A DNA stretch of 64,000 nucleotides. Source: a virus. Positions 46,318-56,461 of this stretch are shown here, one piece after another. Position numbers and translations under genes: made by a program. The stretch lies in IMG/VR virus record IMGVR_UViG_3300013006_000027, positions 14,428 through 78,427 of that record. One strand, given 5' to 3'. Each line of letters opens with the position of its first letter. Position 1 is the first letter of the stretch. The notes beneath the pieces are model-generated. The model was not told the origin of the DNA, made no database searches, and was given only the letters and a program-made list of their open reading frames with translations.

Positions 46318-48168
46318 TTAAACTTTTGGTGGTAGTGGGTCAGGGGCAATTTGCAATATAGTAGATAGGGCTTGTTTTTGAGGAATAACAGTACCTGTAG
46401 TAGACAAGAATACAGTACTATCATTAATAAATCCTGATAATAATGATTTATCATCTTCAGTAAATCCGGTGTCTGTTCTTACATTACTAGAAATTCTTAC
46501 CCATATTTTACCACTCCAACGATATAATATCTGAGGTAAATAATCTATACGTAAAAAATAATCTCCGACTTGTGGATTTTGCGGAAATGAAATTCCTGAT
46601 CCAGTTGGAGATGCATTAGTATTTGATACACCCACTGCGCCTAAAGCGTCATTTGCAGTAGCTGCCATATTAGCAGCTTGGACCGCCCCGACTGAGTTTT
46701 CAGGTAATGGGTATAATGGTGGAGTATTAGTAATACCAGTTGATATTCCATTTGGTGCAGAACCATCTCCAGTCATATAACCAATACTATACCCAAATGA
46801 TCTCGGAGTTGATCTAGCAATGAATTGAAATCTAGGATCACAATCAGCACGGAAATCCATTTGTTGCGAGACTGTGCCTGTAAACCCGGGTAATTCAGGG
46901 TCTTGATCAGCCGTCGCATAAGTGTTATCAGCAGTACCATATGGTCCTATTATCATACCTGTTGATGTAGCAGATAATACCATATCTCCTTGAACTGCCC
47001 CCGAACCTGAACCTATTACTTCAGGTGCAATTTCTACTAATTGTAGATTAACTTGCATAAATTTATCAATCGGAGATACTTCGGGAGCCATATCAACTGT
47101 CATATCCCAAATACTTTGTACTACATCTTTTTTAATTCTAATTACTGGACTTGGATTTTTATACTGAGCACTTGTCATAAGTGAAACTGTGCCTGTTGCA
47201 ACAGTAGAACCAGTAGATGTGGGTACTAACACTCCTACAGGAGGAGCCGGCTGATTATATTTACCTGATAATTGCGTATTCGTGTCATATACACCGTATG
47301 TAGGAACTATATAAAAATTACTTGTATCATAGCCTGATAATGGTACAATTCTAGCTGCTTCATTAAGATTGGCATTATTAATCTCAATGTTTCTATTATA
47401 AGTTGCTAATATATCTTTTAGGTTTCTTGACAAATCTAATTCCCAATAATTTGGATCAGGAGGGTTAACTCCGATTGGTACTTCTTTTGTAGATATATAA
47501 TTTTTATCACCATATGTAATTACATATCCCGGCGGATATGTTCTATCTTTATCCCATAGTCCTAAATAATTATCCTGATTAATTGGTTCAGTTAATATTT
47601 GTGAAAATTCTTCACTATCTACTAGTGGTTCGCATTTGATTCTCCATAAATGCGGATACCAAGTTGGAGAAAACCCTTCACTTGCATAGTTACTGTCAGT
47701 GATTTGATAAAATCTTTTAAGTGCAGTTGGTATTGTTTCTCTAAGAGGATTATAATCTAATAAGTGTGGTAATTCTAATACATCCCCGACCATTAATTTA
47801 CGACCTACAATTTCAATCATGTCATTGTAATGTACCGTAATAAAGATAATGTCATTGTTTAAAAATAAACCAAATTGACTTAAATCAAAATCTAAGTTTT
47901 GTACACTGTAATGTCCACGTAACCTATATATACTAGTATCGTAAGTTCTATCTCTGTTTTCTAAGAATAACAAATCTTGTATATTATTAGGGTTTAATGC
48001 ATCATACTGAGGTTGGGTATAATCAATTGATGGACCTTGATCTGTAGGACCTAAATACTTATGAATGTATAAATCAGTTCCACCCGCAGTAAATTGTTCG
48101 GATATATTCCTATCAAAAAAACGATAATCGTTGGATTTTGTGGTATGGTAAAGTGATAAGCGGGGCAT
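46318..48168 (-). CDS. Neck/head-closure protein (gp14-like), enlarged
   Basis: QDLLFLENRDR.YD, DLSQFGLFL, GDVLELPH; late promoter 4 nt upstream. Confidence 0.7.
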   Translation of the reverse strand: MPRLSLYHTTKSNDYRFFDRNISEQFTAGGTDLYIHKYLGPTDQGPSIDYTQPQYDALNPNNIQDLLFLENRDRTYDTSIYRLRGHYSVQNLDFDLSQFGLFLNNDIIFITVHYNDMIEIVGRKLMVGDVLELPHLLDYNPLRETIPTALKRFYQITDSNYASEGFSPTWYPHLWRIKCEPLVDSEEFSQILTEPINQDNYLGLWDKDRTYPPGYVITYGDKNYISTKEVPIGVNPPDPNYWELDLSRNLKDILATYNRNIEINNANLNEAARIVPLSGYDTSNFYIVPTYGVYDTNTQLSGKYNQPAPPVGVLVPTSTGSTVATGTVSLMTSAQYKNPSPVIRIKKDVVQSIWDMTVDMAPEVSPIDKFMQVNLQLVEIAPEVIGSGSGAVQGDMVLSATSTGMIIGPYGTADNTYATADQDPELPGFTGTVSQQMDFRADCDPRFQFIARSTPRSFGYSIGYMTGDGSAPNGISTGITNTPPLYPLPENSVGAVQAANMAATANDALGAVGVSNTNASPTGSGISFPQNPQVGDYFLRIDYLPQILYRWSGKIWVRISSNVRTDTGFTEDDKSLLSGFINDSTVFLSTTGTVIPQKQALSTILQIAPDPLPPKV

Positions 48169-48211
48169 ACAGTATTTATCTGTTGTTTCTGTACAACTAA
48201 ATATCAGAGGC

Positions 48212-48240
48212 TTGACAGAAATGCCAAGCTAGTGTAAAAT
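48212..48240 (+). promoter_or_regulatory. Sigma70 promoter
   Basis: TTGACA-17-TAAAAT; AACGGAG RBS as in the early cassettes. Confidence 0.75.
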
Positions 48241-48268
48241 AAGAAATAATCAAGTTAACGGAGTTAGT

Positions 48269-49456
48269 ATGAGCCGAAAATCAGCGCCCCAGTTTGTTGT
48301 GAAAACCCTTAATCCTAAGGATGAGGATTCGAAATATTACGGAACCGAACCCGAGTTTAAAGAGCAACCTACAGTTGAAGGTCGAACCTCAGCACTATCG
48401 AACGGTCTTCGTTGGTACAGCCGATTCTTTGGACGAAAGGATGCTAAAGAATTGCTGATTCAATATACCGAATTTAAAGGCAATCCTGAACAAGGTAAAC
48501 TTTTGCGTAAAGTGGAAGATAGCGAAATTGCAATGTCTCTATGCTGGTTGGCTCGCATGAATATGCGTGGGCTAGTATTGACTACCGAAGAGCAAACGAA
48601 AGTAAACAATGAACTTACTCGGTTGACAGAAACATTCACAAATCCTAAACTTGCTAAAGCAAGTATGACCTCAGTTGCAAAAGAAGAGGTTAAAGAAACC
48701 CCTACTAATCGTCCTAATGTACAAGAAATTATGCGGGAAAAAGCCTCTGAAGTAGCAGGGGAGCTTGAAGGTATTTTTGATGAATACATTAAAGATGGTG
48801 CAAAAGCTAGCCATAGTTTTAAAATCATTGATGAAGTAAAAAAGAAAAATATTCTATCTCAACATATCAGTATCATTAGCGATGTTTGGAAAAAGAAACT
48901 AGTAGAGTTTTCATTGGTTCTAGAAGGCAAAGATAGCGACTTAGCTCAAGGTTATGCTTTCTTGACTAAAACTCAAATCAAAAATATCATCAAATTCATC
49001 GAGCAAGTGCTTAGTGAATTGAATAGTTACATCTCTGTTAAAAAGACTACTAGAGCACCTAGGGCACGTAAACCTGTTTCAGTAGAGAAACAAGTTTCAA
49101 AACTAAAGTACCTCAGGTCTTTTAAAGATGAAGCCCTTAAACTAGACTTGACTAGTATTCATCCTACTAAACTTCATGGTGCAAGCGAATGTTGGGTTTA
49201 TGATACTGCAAAGCGTAAGCTTCATCATTATGTGGCTGATGAGTATAGCAAAACGTTTACAGTTAAAGGTAATACTATTTTGGGTTTTGATACTCGTAAT
49301 AGTGAGATGAAAACACTACGTAAACCCGCTGAACAATTGAAAGAAATTATGGGTAGTAAGCCGGCCGCACGTAAATACTTCAAAGAGATTAAAGCGGTGG
49401 CTACTACCCCAAATGGTAGATTCAATGAAAATCTTATTATTTTAAAGGCATTTTAA
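48269..49456 (+). CDS. Conserved-type hypothetical protein (Lys-rich; KTLRKP, NGRFNE)
   Basis: 395 aa ORF with promoter and RBS. Confidence 0.75.
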   Translation: MSRKSAPQFVVKTLNPKDEDSKYYGTEPEFKEQPTVEGRTSALSNGLRWYSRFFGRKDAKELLIQYTEFKGNPEQGKLLRKVEDSEIAMSLCWLARMNMRGLVLTTEEQTKVNNELTRLTETFTNPKLAKASMTSVAKEEVKETPTNRPNVQEIMREKASEVAGELEGIFDEYIKDGAKASHSFKIIDEVKKKNILSQHISIISDVWKKKLVEFSLVLEGKDSDLAQGYAFLTKTQIKNIIKFIEQVLSELNSYISVKKTTRAPRARKPVSVEKQVSKLKYLRSFKDEALKLDLTSIHPTKLHGASECWVYDTAKRKLHHYVADEYSKTFTVKGNTILGFDTRNSEMKTLRKPAEQLKEIMGSKPAARKYFKEIKAVATTPNGRFNENLIILKAF

Positions 49457-49457
49457 T

Positions 49458-49898
49458 ATGACAAAGCAAATTGACTTAAACAAGTATAGCGAATTTGTAG
49501 AGGCTGTAACTAGCCGAGATAGTAACGATTTAGCATCATTTATCAATCGTTTAGATTACCTAGATGGAATGTGGGATGATAAACTTGAAGAAAAGGGTCC
49601 AACAATTAATGTCCCTCTATTACTAACTTCTGCAATTGGATTGGGTAGTGAATCAGGAGAGTTCCAAGAAATTGTTAAAAAACTGTTTTTTCAAGGTAAA
49701 TCTCTTACTGAAGAAACCAAATTTCATATGAAGAGGGAATTGGGAGATATTTTATGGTATTGGACCAATGCCTGTAGGGCACTTGAATTGGATCCTAATG
49801 ATGTTATTTCTGAAAACGTTACTAAGTTAAAAGCAAGATATCCCGGTGGAGACTTTGATCCCTTTTATAGCGAGAATCGTAAAGAAGGAGATTTGTAA
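49458..49898 (+). CDS. mazG: MazG-like NTP pyrophosphohydrolase
   Basis: GL.SESGEF.EIVKK, RELGDILWY, N..KL.ARYP. Confidence 0.88.
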   Translation: MTKQIDLNKYSEFVEAVTSRDSNDLASFINRLDYLDGMWDDKLEEKGPTINVPLLLTSAIGLGSESGEFQEIVKKLFFQGKSLTEETKFHMKRELGDILWYWTNACRALELDPNDVISENVTKLKARYPGGDFDPFYSENRKEGDL

Positions 49899-49943
49899 CA
49901 TTAATGATTGCTTGATAAATATAGTTATTATCAGGTAATCATT

Positions 49944-50741
49944 ATGAGCATAGGACCAGTTGCAAGTGTTTTAAGTACCCCATCTGGATTAACATTAGAT
50001 CAATTAAAACAAGCATTATTTAATAACGTTAGTCTTAGATTGGGTCAAGGTATCATTGATTTAGAACTTGATCCTCAACATTATGAGGCTGCATACAATT
50101 ATGCCATTAAAATTTATAGACAACGGGCGCAAAATGCCACTGCTGAATCCTATACTTTAATGACGGTTATTAAGAACATTGACACTTATACATTACCACA
50201 AGAATTTATTAATGTTCGTTGTTTATTCAGAAGAACGGTTGGCTTAGAAACTGGGCCTAGTTCTACAGCATTTGATCCTTTTTCAAGTGCTATTCTTAAT
50301 ACTTACTTATTGAATTACAACTATACAGGTGGTATGGCAACATATGATTTCTATGCTGGTTATGTTGAATTAGCAGCAAGAATGTTCGGTGGATATGTTA
50401 CATATACATTTGATCCAGTAACAAAAGTATTGCGTGTAGTGAGAGATTTTAAAGGTACTGGTGAGCGTATTCTTATTTGGGCGGATGTTCAAAGAACAGA
50501 AGAAGTATTGCTACAAGATCCAGGTGCTGGTGTTTGGATTGGTGACTTTGTGTTAGCTAATCTTAAGACAATTATAGGTGAGGCACGTGAGAAATTTGGA
50601 ACCATTGTTGGTCCAGGTGGTGGAACACAATTAAATGGTACTGCTATGAAAGCTGAAGGTAAGGCTGCAATGGAACAATTAATTGATGAATTAAAACGTT
50701 ATGTGGACTATTCCATGCCCTTGACATGGGTGCAAGGCTAA
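49944..50741 (+). CDS. Neck protein (gp13-like head-tail adaptor)
   Basis: LRLG.GIIDLELD, GEAR.KF....GP.GG..LNG. Confidence 0.8.
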   Translation: MSIGPVASVLSTPSGLTLDQLKQALFNNVSLRLGQGIIDLELDPQHYEAAYNYAIKIYRQRAQNATAESYTLMTVIKNIDTYTLPQEFINVRCLFRRTVGLETGPSSTAFDPFSSAILNTYLLNYNYTGGMATYDFYAGYVELAARMFGGYVTYTFDPVTKVLRVVRDFKGTGERILIWADVQRTEEVLLQDPGAGVWIGDFVLANLKTIIGEAREKFGTIVGPGGGTQLNGTAMKAEGKAAMEQLIDELKRYVDYSMPLTWVQG

Positions 50742-50801
50742 CCTAAATACTTTATTTTGTAAAGCTCCTGTAATATAATATATCTTACAGGAGCTTACCA
50801 T

Positions 50802-51437
50802 ATGATCATCGGTATCACCGGATTAATAAATTCTGGCAAGGACACTATAGCAGACTATCTAACTACATTTCATGATTTTAAAAGATTAAGTTTTGCCGCT
50901 TCTCTAAAAGATGCTGTAGCATCAGTGTTTAATTGGGATCGTGAAATGCTAGAGGGTACTACTAAGTCTAGTAGGGAATGGCGTGAACAGGTTGATCATT
51001 GGTGGGCAGAACGTTTAGGTATCCCTCATCTTACCCCTAGATGGATTCTACAATATTGGGGAACAGACGTTTGTCGTGATGCATTTCATACGGATATTTG
51101 GGTAGCATCAGTAGAAAACAAATTAAGAAACTCTACAGATAATATCGTCATCACTGATTGTAGATTTTTCAATGAAATTGGGGCTATTAAAAATGCCGGT
51201 GGAATTACTATTAGAGTTGAAAGGGGTCCAAACCCAGAATGGTATTCACATGCTATAAACTTTAATAAAGGTGAAAACGGTAATTTAGGCTGGGCTCTTG
51301 GGAGGAACCATCTTGAACAATTGGGTATCCATGCTAGCGAATACAGCAGTGTTGGATTAGAGTATGACTATGTTATTGCTAATGATGGCACAATAGATGG
51401 ACTTCATAAAAAGATTGAATCAATAATCAACCTTTAA
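50802..51437 (+). CDS. Deoxynucleoside monophosphate kinase (gp1-like)
   Basis: GITGLINSGKDT, SFA..LKD, TPR.ILQ.WGT, ITDCRF.NE, HASE. Confidence 0.9.
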   Translation: MIIGITGLINSGKDTIADYLTTFHDFKRLSFAASLKDAVASVFNWDREMLEGTTKSSREWREQVDHWWAERLGIPHLTPRWILQYWGTDVCRDAFHTDIWVASVENKLRNSTDNIVITDCRFFNEIGAIKNAGGITIRVERGPNPEWYSHAINFNKGENGNLGWALGRNHLEQLGIHASEYSSVGLEYDYVIANDGTIDGLHKKIESIINL

Positions 51438-51773
51438 ATCCCCTCTAGTCCAATTTACCTTTTGTTTTTTTACGACTTCTATGCAGTTAAGGCAAATACT
51501 GCGTAGATTACTATATCCCGTATTTTCTAAACTACCATCTATATGGTAGACTATGATTTGTGTTGGAAGTATACTATGAAACCCACACAAGTCACATTGT
51601 TTTTTCTTTTTGTAACCACTAGCCATCCATTTTGGTTTCCTAGGTTTTAATTTCTTTTTAGTACTACCGCATTCGTCGCATATACTGCGGTAATGGGTTA
51701 TACCATTGCGTTTGTAATTTATCGCGCAAACGTTTTTATTGCACTCTTTGCATATAGGGCGTAATATATCCAT
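51420..51773 (-). CDS. Zn-ribbon/degenerate HNH-like protein
   Basis: Four CxxC pairs; YHIDG...N....NL.SICLNC. Confidence 0.65.
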   Translation of the reverse strand: MDILRPICKECNKNVCAINYKRNGITHYRSICDECGSTKKKLKPRKPKWMASGYKKKKQCDLCGFHSILPTQIIVYHIDGSLENTGYSNLRSICLNCIEVVKKQKVNWTRGDLKVDY

Positions 51774-51891
51774 ATATATATTTAGCACAACCTTCGAAGG
51801 CACGGTAATACCGCCTTTTTTTATTTATTTCATAAATAAGAGTATACAATCAGGTGGTAAGCCTCAAAATTTTACAATAAGGAAAAAGAAA

Positions 51892-54800
51892 ATGGCATTA
51901 GTTAGTCCAGGCGTAGAAGTAACAATCATTGACCAAAGTCAATATTTACCTGCCGCAGTAAATTCAGTTCCGTTTATTCTATTAGCAACTGCACAAAATA
52001 AAGCAGATGCTAGTGGAACAGCAGTTGCGCCTGCAACTACAGCCGCAAATGCAAATAAATTGTATCAAGTTACTAGCCAAAGAGACTTGGTATCTTTATA
52101 TGGTACGCCTTTCTTTTATACAACAACTGCTGGTACACCTATTCAGGGTTACGAATTAAACGAATATGGCTTGTTAGCTGCATATTCATTATTAGGTGTA
52201 ACAAATCGTTGCTATATATTACGAGCCGATATTGACTTAGCTAGTTTAATTGGTCAAACAGGTAGACCAGTTGGTGCACCAGCAAATGGAACATGGTGGT
52301 TAGATACTACTAATACAACTTGGGGTATCTCTGAATTTAACTACACTACTGGTCAATTTGTAACTAAAATTCCTATTATAATTACTGATTCAGCTAATAT
52401 AAGCGGTGGAGTACCTGTTTCTAGCATTGGTAACATAGGTGACTATGCTGTTAATGCCATACAAACAACAACATTTCCTTCATCTCCTACTGCATCTCAG
52501 TACTTTTATAAAACTTTATCAAATGTTTGGGTATCTGTTGGTGAAGCAGCTTGGTTAGGAAATTGGCCAACAGTTCAAGGTACAAATTCTAATCCAACCT
52601 TGACCGCTGGAGATATATTTTATATTGTTGTTAATGGAGATTTTTCTCTTGAAGTAGAAGTACCTGTCTCCCCTAATAACAATGTTCAAGGGATAGCCAA
52701 TGTAATTAATTCTAAATTAATAACTTATATTTCTGCTTCTGTTAGAAGTGGTAAGCTATGTATTTTCTCTAAACAAACAGGTGGTAACAATGTGTTACCG
52801 TATAATATTGAAATTGTTGCTAATGGTACAGACACCGTATTAGATGATGTAGGTATCGATGCAGGTACATATAATCAACCTCAATTTGAATATGGTACAG
52901 CAGCACAACAACCATTATGGTATGCGGGTCAAACATACCCGGCTCCTACTGGATCAGTATTCATTAAAGTTGGCAATGTCGGTGGTGGATTATATCCAGT
53001 AGTTTCGCAATTTAGCACTACAACTGGTACTTGGGGTGTAAAAACAGTAGGGTTAGCAACAGCAGATTGGGAGGCTACTGCAAGTAGTGATTCCACTGGT
53101 GGACAAGTAATTCCAATTGGTACAGTTTACGGACAATATGCATTTAATAGTGAATATAATTATGGCCCGGTATACTTATGGGAAAGATATGCTACTGGTC
53201 CTACGGTAGTTACCGGTACAGTAATTAACCCTACATTTACAAACGGTCCTTATACTTTTACTGTAAATGTGTCGATTCCAGGTAGTAGCGCATTATCAAG
53301 TGATTATACAGTAAGTTTAGCAGACAACACAGATGCAATTGATTTTGTAACAGCTTGGACTGCTGCTGGTATTCCATACACTTCTGCTCTTGTAACAACA
53401 GATGGCGCAATTCAATTGATTCACACAGAAGGTGGTGAAATCATTATCAATGATACTCGCACAACAGATACTAATGGTAGATTGTTAACAGCCTCTGCTG
53501 GAAGTATCGCAGGAACTAGTGTCAGTGCTGCTGCTACATACACTGGTGTAGCTGTTACTACAGTCTCAGGTAGTGGATCAGGAGCTATAGCTACTGTAAC
53601 TAAAACAGGTGGAGGTACAACTTATTCCAGTTCTAACACAGTAATAACAATTACTACTACTGGTGGAGGATATGCAGTTGGTAACTCAATGAAGATTTTA
53701 GGAACAGCATTAGGTGGTGCATCACCTGCAAATGATCTTACATTTACTGTGGGTACAGCTGGCGCTGGTCAAGGTGTGTCATATGGGTTGTGTACTGAGG
53801 CAGGTTTGGTTAGTGGTACTACTAATGGATGCAAATATGGTCCATCAGACTATCAAACATTTAGCATTACCCAAACTTCTACTAGTGGATCTGGTACAGG
53901 CCTAGGAATAGACGTAATAAGAAGTTATGGGGTGTACGATGTAGATCCAATTGCAATTAACACAGCAGGTACAGGATATGCCGTTGGCAATACAGTTACA
54001 TTCTCTGGTATACAACTAGGTGGATCTACTACTGCTAATGATTTAGTAGTAACAGTCACAGCGGTCGCATCTTTAACCGGAGCAGTTACAGCAGTTACAT
54101 ATAAATCAGGAACTGCTCCTCAAATTTACTCAACACAGTTAAGTAACTGGAGATATTTTACATATATTCCTAATGAAGGAGCACCTACTATCGCTCCTCC
54201 TGATGGAACTAATTGGTTCTATAGCGTGGTAAATCAAGTTGATATAATGATTAACTATAATGGAGCTTGGAGAGGTTATAGCAATCAAGGTTATAGCTCT
54301 AGTGGATTCCCTTCTCCTACAGTAGTAAATGCTACCGATCCAAATGGACCTATCGTTGCTAATACAGCACCTACAACTCAAAGTGATGGTACAGCTTTAG
54401 AGTATGGTGATCTTTGGATAAGCACAGAAAATTTAGAACTTTATCCAGTAATTTCACGTTGGCAATTAGTTGATGGTGAAGATCAATGGGTAACTATTGA
54501 TAATGCTAATGGTACAAGTCCAACCGGAATTATATTTGCTGATGCACGTTGGGCAACTAATGGTAATACAAGTCCTACAGATGATCCGATTCCATCAATC
54601 ACAAGTTTGTTAACAAGTAATTATCTTGACTTAGATGCACCGGATCCATCACTATCTCCAATTGGAATGTTGTTGTTTAATACAAGACGTTCAGGCTACA
54701 ACGTTAAGCAGTTTAATGTTGACTACTTCAACAGTACTAGTTTCCCAGGAGCTACTTTACCTACTGAGACTGATGCTTGGGTTAGTGCAAGTGGTCTACA

Positions 54801-55764
54801 GTCTAACGGTGCACCTTATATGGGTAGAAAGGCTCAACGTGCTATGGTTGTTGAGGCATTAAGGGCAGCAATTGACTCTAACTTTGCTATTAGAGATGAA
54901 GATAACTTCTTTAACTTACAAGCATGTCCTTACTATCCTGAGCTACAACCTAACATGGTTGTATTGAACGTTGATCGTGGTGAAACCAGTTATATTATTG
55001 GTGATACTCCAATGAGATTACCTGATTCAGCTACAGATATTCAAGCTTGGGCAACTAATGCTGCTGACGCAACTTCAACAGGTGAAGAAGGTTTAGTAAC
55101 TCGTAATACTTATTTAGGATTGTTCTATCCAAGTGGGATAACTGGTGATTTATCAGGTAACTTAGTTGCTGTTCCCCCATCACATATGATGTTGAGAACT
55201 TTCTTAAGAAATGATACGCTAGCTTACCCTTGGTTAGCTGCTGCAGGTACAAGACGTGGTATTATTGACAATGCAACTAACATTGGTTATTTGGATGCAC
55301 AAACAAGTGAATTCCAAGTTATCAAAAATAGAATTGGTATTAGAGATGTATTATACTTGAACTTCATTAACCCTCTAACCTTCTTTACAGGCAATGGATT
55401 ATTGAACTACGGTAATAAGACCAGCTTTGACTCACAAAGTGCATTGGATAGAACAAACGTTGCAAGATTGATTGCTTATATCCGTCGTCAATTGACTATA
55501 GCGGCTCGTCCGTTTGTCTTTGAACCTAACGATGCATTTACTAGACAGCAGATAGCAGGAGTAGTTCAAACTCTAATGGTTGATTTGGTTGCTAAACGTG
55601 GCTTGTACGATTATATAGTCATTTGTGATGAATCTAATAATACACGTGAAAGAATTGACAGAAACGAATTATGGGTTGATGTTGCAATTGAACCAGTGAA
55701 AGCTGCTGAATTCATTTATATTCCGGTTCGTGTGCTAAACACGGGCGAAATAGCTAATGCGTAA
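51892..55764 (+). CDS. Tail sheath protein (gp18-like), very large
   Basis: MALVSPGVEV; VPPSH, PW.AAAG.RRG, INP, GNKT, DR.NVARL, FVFEPND, CDESNNT, IEPVKAAEFIYI. Confidence 0.95.
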   Translation: MALVSPGVEVTIIDQSQYLPAAVNSVPFILLATAQNKADASGTAVAPATTAANANKLYQVTSQRDLVSLYGTPFFYTTTAGTPIQGYELNEYGLLAAYSLLGVTNRCYILRADIDLASLIGQTGRPVGAPANGTWWLDTTNTTWGISEFNYTTGQFVTKIPIIITDSANISGGVPVSSIGNIGDYAVNAIQTTTFPSSPTASQYFYKTLSNVWVSVGEAAWLGNWPTVQGTNSNPTLTAGDIFYIVVNGDFSLEVEVPVSPNNNVQGIANVINSKLITYISASVRSGKLCIFSKQTGGNNVLPYNIEIVANGTDTVLDDVGIDAGTYNQPQFEYGTAAQQPLWYAGQTYPAPTGSVFIKVGNVGGGLYPVVSQFSTTTGTWGVKTVGLATADWEATASSDSTGGQVIPIGTVYGQYAFNSEYNYGPVYLWERYATGPTVVTGTVINPTFTNGPYTFTVNVSIPGSSALSSDYTVSLADNTDAIDFVTAWTAAGIPYTSALVTTDGAIQLIHTEGGEIIINDTRTTDTNGRLLTASAGSIAGTSVSAAATYTGVAVTTVSGSGSGAIATVTKTGGGTTYSSSNTVITITTTGGGYAVGNSMKILGTALGGASPANDLTFTVGTAGAGQGVSYGLCTEAGLVSGTTNGCKYGPSDYQTFSITQTSTSGSGTGLGIDVIRSYGVYDVDPIAINTAGTGYAVGNTVTFSGIQLGGSTTANDLVVTVTAVASLTGAVTAVTYKSGTAPQIYSTQLSNWRYFTYIPNEGAPTIAPPDGTNWFYSVVNQVDIMINYNGAWRGYSNQGYSSSGFPSPTVVNATDPNGPIVANTAPTTQSDGTALEYGDLWISTENLELYPVISRWQLVDGEDQWVTIDNANGTSPTGIIFADARWATNGNTSPTDDPIPSITSLLTSNYLDLDAPDPSLSPIGMLLFNTRRSGYNVKQFNVDYFNSTSFPGATLPTETDAWVSASGLQSNGAPYMGRKAQRAMVVEALRAAIDSNFAIRDEDNFFNLQACPYYPELQPNMVVLNVDRGETSYIIGDTPMRLPDSATDIQAWATNAADATSTGEEGLVTRNTYLGLFYPSGITGDLSGNLVAVPPSHMMLRTFLRNDTLAYPWLAAAGTRRGIIDNATNIGYLDAQTSEFQVIKNRIGIRDVLYLNFINPLTFFTGNGLLNYGNKTSFDSQSALDRTNVARLIAYIRRQLTIAARPFVFEPNDAFTRQQIAGVVQTLMVDLVAKRGLYDYIVICDESNNTRERIDRNELWVDVAIEPVKAAEFIYIPVRVLNTGEIANA

Positions 55765-55813
55765 GAAAGTAGAGTAAAAAATTTAGATAAATAAATATAC
55801 AGGAGAAATAAAA

Positions 55814-56452
55814 ATGGCAACAGCCTCACAATCGCTTTTTAATATGACCGTCGCTAGTGATAATGCTGGCGGTAACCAAGGTCTGTTAATGCCAAAATTA
55901 CAATTTAGGTTCAGAGTATTATTTTTGAATTTTGGTGTAGATACAGTAAATGGTTTACAATTAACAAAACAGGTTATTGATTGCTCAAGACCTCAAGTTA
56001 CATTTCCTGATATCGTTCTTCCTGTATATAACTCTACTCTTTATCTAGCAGGTAAGTACTCATGGTCACCGATGACAGTAAACGTCAGAGATGATGCTAG
56101 CGGAACCGTTTCTAAAGCTGTTGGTCAACAGTTACAGAAGCAATTAGATTTCGTTGAACAAGCTAGTGCTGCAACAGGGCAAGATTACAAGTTCCAAACT
56201 AATATAGAAATATTAGATGGTGGTAACGGTGCATCTGCTCCGGTGGTTCTTGAAACTTGGGAACTTTATGGTTGCTTCTTACAAACAGCAAACTATAATA
56301 ACTTGAATTATGGTACAAGTGATGTTGTAACAATTGGTCTTACCCTTAGATATGATAACGCAATTCAATCTCCTCTTGCTTCTGGTGTTGGTGCACCAAT
56401 TGGAAGAATATTGTCCGGAGCATCTGTAACAGGTATAGGGGCAGCTACTTAA
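55814..56452 (+). CDS. Tail tube protein (gp19-like)
   Basis: Follows sheath; PKLQFRFRV, AGK..W, WELYGCF, LRYDNA. Confidence 0.85.
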   Translation: MATASQSLFNMTVASDNAGGNQGLLMPKLQFRFRVLFLNFGVDTVNGLQLTKQVIDCSRPQVTFPDIVLPVYNSTLYLAGKYSWSPMTVNVRDDASGTVSKAVGQQLQKQLDFVEQASAATGQDYKFQTNIEILDGGNGASAPVVLETWELYGCFLQTANYNNLNYGTSDVVTIGLTLRYDNAIQSPLASGVGAPIGRILSGASVTGIGAAT

Positions 56453-56461
56453 TAGCTCTTT

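Noticed and set aside
51739-51891. 51-aa N-terminal extension of the tail sheath in the ORF track
   Set aside because: The late promoter and AAGGA RBS point to ATG 51892 (MALVSPGVEV), the typical sheath start
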